Assembly (NCBI RefSeq): GCF_028641065.1 | Contig: NC_073378.1 | Coordinates: 23,870,001-23,934,000, forward strand | DNA: 64,000 bases | DNA from: Leucoraja erinacea | Lineage: Eukaryota | Direction: 5' to 3' | Shown here: positions 63,685 to 64,000 of the stretch, one piece after another | Numbering within the stretch: position 1 is the first letter of the stretch | How the letters are laid out: the number at the start of each line of letters is the position of its first letter | Notes under the pieces: generated by a model | What the model was told of the DNA's origin: nothing | Databases searched by the model: none | The model's input: the letters and a program-made list of their open reading frames with translations, nothing else | Translations under genes and position numbers: made by a program

Positions 63685-64000
63685 CGATTCTCAGCCCCTC
63701 GCTCACCCGCACACAGAGCAGATTGGGGGGGTGGCTCACCGGCACCCTGGCCGCCCTCAATGGCTGCTCACGTCCCCATCTCTCCGTCCACAGCAACGGC
63801 TCCTAAACCCTGCAGGAGGGGAACACAGAGGGTCAACAAGCTGGCAAATAGGACATTACTAACGCATGAACATTACTAGTGTTTGGGGATCATGACAGTA
63901 GCCTCCTCGTGGCGATCCCTGGAAGCGACGACACGATGCACTCTGTGACGCATCGGTCGACAATTCTGTCAACATGTTGGACGACGACAGAAGCGAACAG

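Larger units (their letters stand above)
50500..64000 (+). repeat. Segmental duplication copy B (runs off the window end)
   Basis: Collinear with 25830-39810, offset about 24.5 kb; differs by private TE insertions. Confidence 0.95.

Noticed and set aside
62707-63879. 390-aa plus-strand ORF (and 38891-39748)
   Set aside because: Antisense shadow of the GC-rich zinc-finger exon

Overview
Vertebrate genomic DNA, very probably from a cartilaginous fish (skate or ray). This is inferred from the repeat landscape: CR1/HER1-type LINEs, V-SINEs, Rex1/Babar, L1, Penelope-like elements and KRAB-less ZNF genes. The window is repeat-dense and has four assembly gaps. Host genes read directly from the sequence are: a complete three-coding-exon BOLA2 (16581-20553, +); the first coding exon of an unidentified type II membrane protein (3829-3926, -); and a tandem segmental duplication (about 25.8-39.8 kb vs 50.5-64 kb). 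Each duplicate carries a PTPRCAP/CD45-AP-like gene and a multi-C2H2 zinc-finger gene. The most unusual object is an endogenous viral envelope gene at 6448-8711. It encodes a signal peptide, an Ig-like domain, an RQRR furin site, a fusion peptide, two heptad repeats around a long Cys-rich region (F-protein type rather than gamma-type Env), a TM helix and a tail. It is broken by only three lesions, two of which may lie in G homopolymers. An approximately 0.9-kb LTR-like block with foamy-like organisation follows it, and no gag-pol precedes it. Other notable items are a helically phased 7x E-box/CRE promoter array with a co-oriented CTCF motif cluster at the ZNF promoter, minimal hammerhead ribozyme motifs in Penelope-derived repeats, and a Passport-family Tc1 inserted after the duplication with a LINE nested inside it. 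All family assignments come from motif recognition by eye; no database searches were run.
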